DNA of 64,000 bases from Entomortierella parvispora E1425. Taxonomy: Eukaryota > Fungi > Mortierellomycota. Shown here piece by piece: positions 60,701 through 64,000 of the stretch. Every line of letters begins with the position of its first letter. Position 1 is the stretch's first letter. Where the stretch lies: positions 62,001 to 126,000 of the forward strand of contig BQFW01000012.1 of the NCBI GenBank assembly GCA_020891255.1. Direction: 5' to 3'. The notes under the pieces were generated by a model. That model saw nothing but the letters and a program-made list of their open reading frames with translations, did no database searches and was not told the DNA's origin. The position numbers and the translations under genes are program-made.

Positions 60701-61927
60701 ATCCTCGGGCTTCCACTCGATCTTGCCAAAGCTGTTGGGTGTTGCAATTGCAGAGAGGCGTGAATCCTCGCCATTCTCATCCGCCATGTTGGAGCTGCTT
60801 TGTCGGTAGTGCGATTGAGAATGCTGCCGTGGTCTCGCGGAGGAGGGACTCTCACCATAGCCGGGGTAGTGGCCCTGATCATATCCATTGTAGCCACTGT
60901 TGGGATCCTCGTCGTCAGACCAGATCTCATTTTCTTCTTCCACGTCACGTTCATTTCGACGCTCATCGTACCGAGGATGTCCTGGATATGACCTTGAGGT
61001 GGGTGATCTGGAGCGGTATCGGGATGATTGAGTCCTTTGTGATCCATGAGAGCGACCAGACTCTTGTCGCGCATGCCACCGTGCAGCGTCCTCAGAGGCA
61101 GCCATCGGTTCGTCGTCGTCATCATCAAGAAGCTCGTCGGGTTCCCGGGGATAGTCTCTGTCCTTTGCAGTTTGCGTACCATCTCCGTGAAGGACCTTGG
61201 TTCGAATACGCTTCCATTTCGACCGACATTGACTCTTTGTGAAGCCGCGACTGACCATTTGTTGACCGACCCAGTCCCAGATGATGTTTCCCTTGGGGAA
61301 CTGGTTCTCGATCAGTTGGACCAGATATTGGGCATCGTCTTCCTTCCAGTCTGTCTTGCTGACAATGCTGCGTCCAGAGGCCAGTGCGTGAGCCACCTCG
61401 TTGTCGACTTCGGATGATGTGCTGCGGGCCAGGTGACCAAGCGCCTTTGTCTTTGCTAGCGAGACGACGTGTTTGTTGTGGATGGAGGATGGTGGCACAT
61501 GGTTGTTGCTGTGGCTGTGGCTGTGCGCGACAGAAGAGGTTGAAGACGAGGAGGAATGCGTCTTTACACCAGCGCCTGTTGCACCTCGGGGACTTGCCCG
61601 CGCCATGTTGTTTGGATCCGAGGTGGATGGCCGGGAGTGGTGTGTGGGGGAGAGTCTGCGGGCAATCTTTTCAATCGATCCAGAGTCCTCACCTAGCATG
61701 CCCTGTTTGACCGAGCGCGAATGTGAGGAGGAGGAAGGAGGAGGAGAGGGAAGAGTAGTATGCATGGCTGATCCAGCGTCTGGTCCTGAGGACCTTGTGG
61801 GCGGGGTGACGGGTGGCGAAGTGGTTGAGGACGCCGCGTCGGACTCGGACTTGAGGGCGGTGTTTGTCTGAAGGCTCGAGAACGTTGGAGCCATAGAACC
61901 GGAAGAGAGTGGAGGGGATAGAGACAT
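57797..61927 (-). CDS. Large intronless Myb/SANT (trihelix-like) repeat protein, about 1376 aa
   Basis: Three copies of W(K)xxD...(L/I)IE..F.....W..(V/I)...M..RG(F/Y)...QC.S(K/R)W plus a degenerate fourth (RWESRDMARLAAAVARQGRRWDAIR). ATG taken at MSLSPP. Confidence 0.85.
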   Translation of the reverse strand: MSLSPPLSSGSMAPTFSSLQTNTALKSESDAASSTTSPPVTPPTRSSGPDAGSAMHTTLPSPPPSSSSHSRSVKQGMLGEDSGSIEKIARRLSPTHHSRPSTSDPNNMARASPRGATGAGVKTHSSSSSTSSVAHSHSHSNNHVPPSSIHNKHVVSLAKTKALGHLARSTSSEVDNEVAHALASGRSIVSKTDWKEDDAQYLVQLIENQFPKGNIIWDWVGQQMVSRGFTKSQCRSKWKRIRTKVLHGDGTQTAKDRDYPREPDELLDDDDDEPMAASEDAARWHARQESGRSHGSQRTQSSRYRSRSPTSRSYPGHPRYDERRNERDVEEENEIWSDDEDPNSGYNGYDQGHYPGYGESPSSARPRQHSQSHYRQSSSNMADENGEDSRLSAIATPNSFGKIEWKPEDSEFLVRLIESKFASRKVDWAWVSKQMEGRGYDRTQCKSRWWRVQHRQNQSNHGGSHGLHASRRQRQESGVSQGQDDKPAFVDSDNEDALQEEQQREHTAAEAQQGRDDPSVGSRASSVSEDPNSTRLRQDQQDTSNSKSEQQPPTEGRSSKGEHQKHIEWKEEDSRYMYRIIEREFPVGNVVWSVIAEKMASRGYSQTQCMSKWRRHLKHNKMSNEGNIKGSGMSMSMDLDADMGSVTSGTGTGVPVEDERSAQQYRQSYRADSGGAKRLKTGPRDSGISRGSEDYGHVGPLDARLVEMEYDRYYDAGGKRRRTEEGESHPDHAHHRRHSHHRHHHHDPYHYDRHTSIPYDDRYPKEHNDGYRHRDPDPASAPYYADYYRDEREPPFDPRYGRHTRYENEARLPQEEAESLETSRPALVDERYEPTTTVASAQGMGEEQEEELPLESQSEPHSSSRRYHNQPIAAGEPQSSWADEPREGGDANPDNREMAMATSPRLSYRGTPSHQAPPPQPLSAHHRQRSSSVASSGYREAYGSTQGQHYGHSPVGHDAPSVRGSRPDHHHHHQRQEGSHRPLEPVQRSRPIARSPERGLLGTSQGRRTTATRQALDREETYAPRYESDGHRRTAPPPASSSYRYHHDELDYDRRRRYEGPLTRGGPLESDHEPLIDYAMEDDLDWAAGRWESRDMARLAAAVARQGRRWDAIRERIRVPVLVSPYDDDDEVYDGVRFEPFPYYRSEPRRISQSSMSGGYYQHSRPRSNSHGHHQHHSYSRRQYGQPSHHHQHRPSASRHEGAAGGPLYAPLRQSRTAISGPIKRTMPPRAIPEVVDVDLTTDALSGDEGVIERSDMDRESEMISIDDPEQQQPLRDQKESELAPTTITTEGQEESTNMSVDVDETFENGPVVVVEAAGDQEPRLVNEAPEPMDEEEQGGEPTTAAAAGIASAEQMPLQQAGDDEGAESMPSIATE

Positions 61928-64000
61928 GAGCGTTCCCTCCGAAGGCAAAGTGTCCGTTCTGGGTCGAGTCTCGGGGGGGGGGGGGGGGGGGGGGCAAGGG
62001 CGGGTGGAAGGATGCGATTCCGGCTGTGGTTCTAGAGTGGGGTGAGAGCAGGATAGCACAAAAGATGCGAGATTGGTTAGAACCAAACGATCGAAGAGGC
62101 GCCAAAGGGGAAAGAGGGGATGGAGAAGAGCCTCAATGAGGTTGCAGGTGGTCGGAAGAGGGCCGAGTCGGAGAATCAGGCCCGGGCTAGATCACGATGA
62201 TGCGATCCTGACTCGCCACTGGCTGTTGACCACACCATGTTGACGTTGACGCACGAGGATGGAGAGACCGACTGACACAGAGCGAACGCGAGAACAGCCG
62301 AGATGAGCAACGCAAGGTCAAGAAGGACCACAAAGTCAAAGATGCGGTCCTAGGGACCACCCCCCCTCGTTCCCCTCCTCTTTTCTTTTTGCTCTTTTCA
62401 TGTCTGGGCATGTACCGAAGACTGGGCATCAACGAGGAACTCGAGGGGGGAGGATGGACAAGCAGAAAAAGGCAGAGAAAGAGAAAGAGAGTCGAGTGGG
62501 GCTGTCTTGTCTGCCATTTCCGGTCAGGGGGAAGACAAACGGAGACGAAACTCGTTCTTGCGTCTGTCGCAGGAGGAGCGCTCTCTGCGGAAACAGAGTG
62601 GGGGCAGGGGCAGGGGCAGGGGCAGAGTCGAGCAAGATACCCGATCGAAAGCGTAGAGGTAGAGAGGGAGAGAGATTGAGAAAGGTAGGCTCCCAGGTAT
62701 CCCACAGCTGCAGCAGCCACAGCGATGCAGCCTTGGCAGCCACGGGAGGATGATTAAGCCGAGGCAAAGGGGACCTCGTACGGAGCCATCTTGTCATCTC
62801 CTTCAGCCAAGAGCAAGGGGTTGGTCAACCCAGTGGTTTCTGAGAGCCGTTTGATCGAAGAACCTCCTCGTCGTCGCCACGACCGCCACTGCCACCACCA
62901 CCATCACTGCCACCACCCAGTTCCTGACATGCACACAGACACGCACGCACGCACGCACGCTCAGGCACAGAACAATGGAAACAGGGTACGTCTGAGGTGC
63001 GTAATATGAATCGAAAAAAGGAGTCAGGGGACGCAGGGGAGGAAGAAGGGCGTTTGGATGACTGATTGTGAAGAAATGCAGGGCCACTATGCCCAAACAA
63101 GGTACGAACGAACGACGGACATGACAGATAATAGATGGATAGACACTCTCAAACAAGGCACCAGCGCGCCACAAGGGCCTACAGGGTTGAATGGACCCAC
63201 GTCAGGTCCACGAAACAACGGTCATCTCTCTTTGACCAAGTACTGGCAACAAGAGCGACTTTACGACTGATGCCTGTTACTGCAGACACACATAAGTACG
63301 CACACTCGGCGGACAAAAGGTCAAGCGCGTAGAGAGCTTGTCGCCATCAGAGTCGATGGCGCAAAGCAGAAAAGAGCAGGGTACGATAACGAACAAAGAG
63401 TGAAGAAAGGGAGGCTGTACCTTTGCTGCAGACGAAGGCGTTTGTCGGGCGGAAGAGGAAGACCCAGCAGTGGCAGGCGCAGCCAGTGTTTTCGGGAGAG
63501 GGGTTGCAAAGAAGAAAAAAGTGGGGTCTTGCCAGAGGGATGGATGGATGAAGAGGCGATGGAGGGAGAGTAAGGATGTGAGTTTGATTCGATGGATGGA
63601 TGGATGGATGGATGGATGGATGGAAGGGATGGGAAGGGATGAATGAAGAGGCGACAGACAGGGGGGGGATGGTGGCAAAGGGCAAAGGAATAAGGGAATA
63701 AGGGAATGAGAAAAGAGGATGAGGAAAGAGAAAAAGAGGAAAAGAGAACCCCACACAAAGACGACGACAGCGACTCGAAGAGACCGAGACCACGACCCGG
63801 GGGGGGAGTGGGGGGAGAACCCAGTCCGATTGTGGATCCTCTCCAGTCCAGACCAGAGCTGTCACCTCACTCTCTGCAGTCAGGTCCGTCCTGTCAGCCA
63901 GCCCTCCCAGTCGAGTCGAGTCGGGCCGAGAAAAGAGGAAGAAGAAAAAAAAAAGAGCGGCGAAGTAGGTACAGTGCAGGGAAGAGAGTGGATGATGACG

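Overview
Eukaryotic, intron-rich genomic DNA with GT-AG introns, microsatellite-rich intergenic regions and low gene density. By inference it comes from an early-diverging fungus (Mortierellaceae-like). Host genes: a small secreted Cys protein, a STELLO/DUF288 glycosyltransferase-like gene, a type I membrane protein, a TBC Rab-GAP, a GST-glyoxalase/VOC fusion, Shp1/p47 (UBX), an HSF-type transcription factor, a SUZ-domain protein, a 2OG-Fe(II) oxygenase, an AZUL-HECT (UBE3A-like) E3 ligase, GPN3 and three related Myb/SANT-like proteins. The most striking object is a complete 9.6-kb Mutator-like (MULE) DNA transposon (23974-33583) with 50-bp TIRs and a perfect 9-bp TSD, inserted just downstream of a tRNA-Glu gene. 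It carries a FAR1/MULE/SWIM transposase, an Ulp1-like SUMO protease, a divergently transcribed unknown Zn-finger/coiled-coil gene and, between the last two, a ~3.2-kb array of ~281-bp units with higher-order structure. This layout parallels plant VANDAL anti-silencing transposons; the functional parallel is a hypothesis. Two further tRNA-Glu copies form a head-to-head palindrome 2 kb past the element. Coordinates and exon joins were read by eye and could be off by a few bases.
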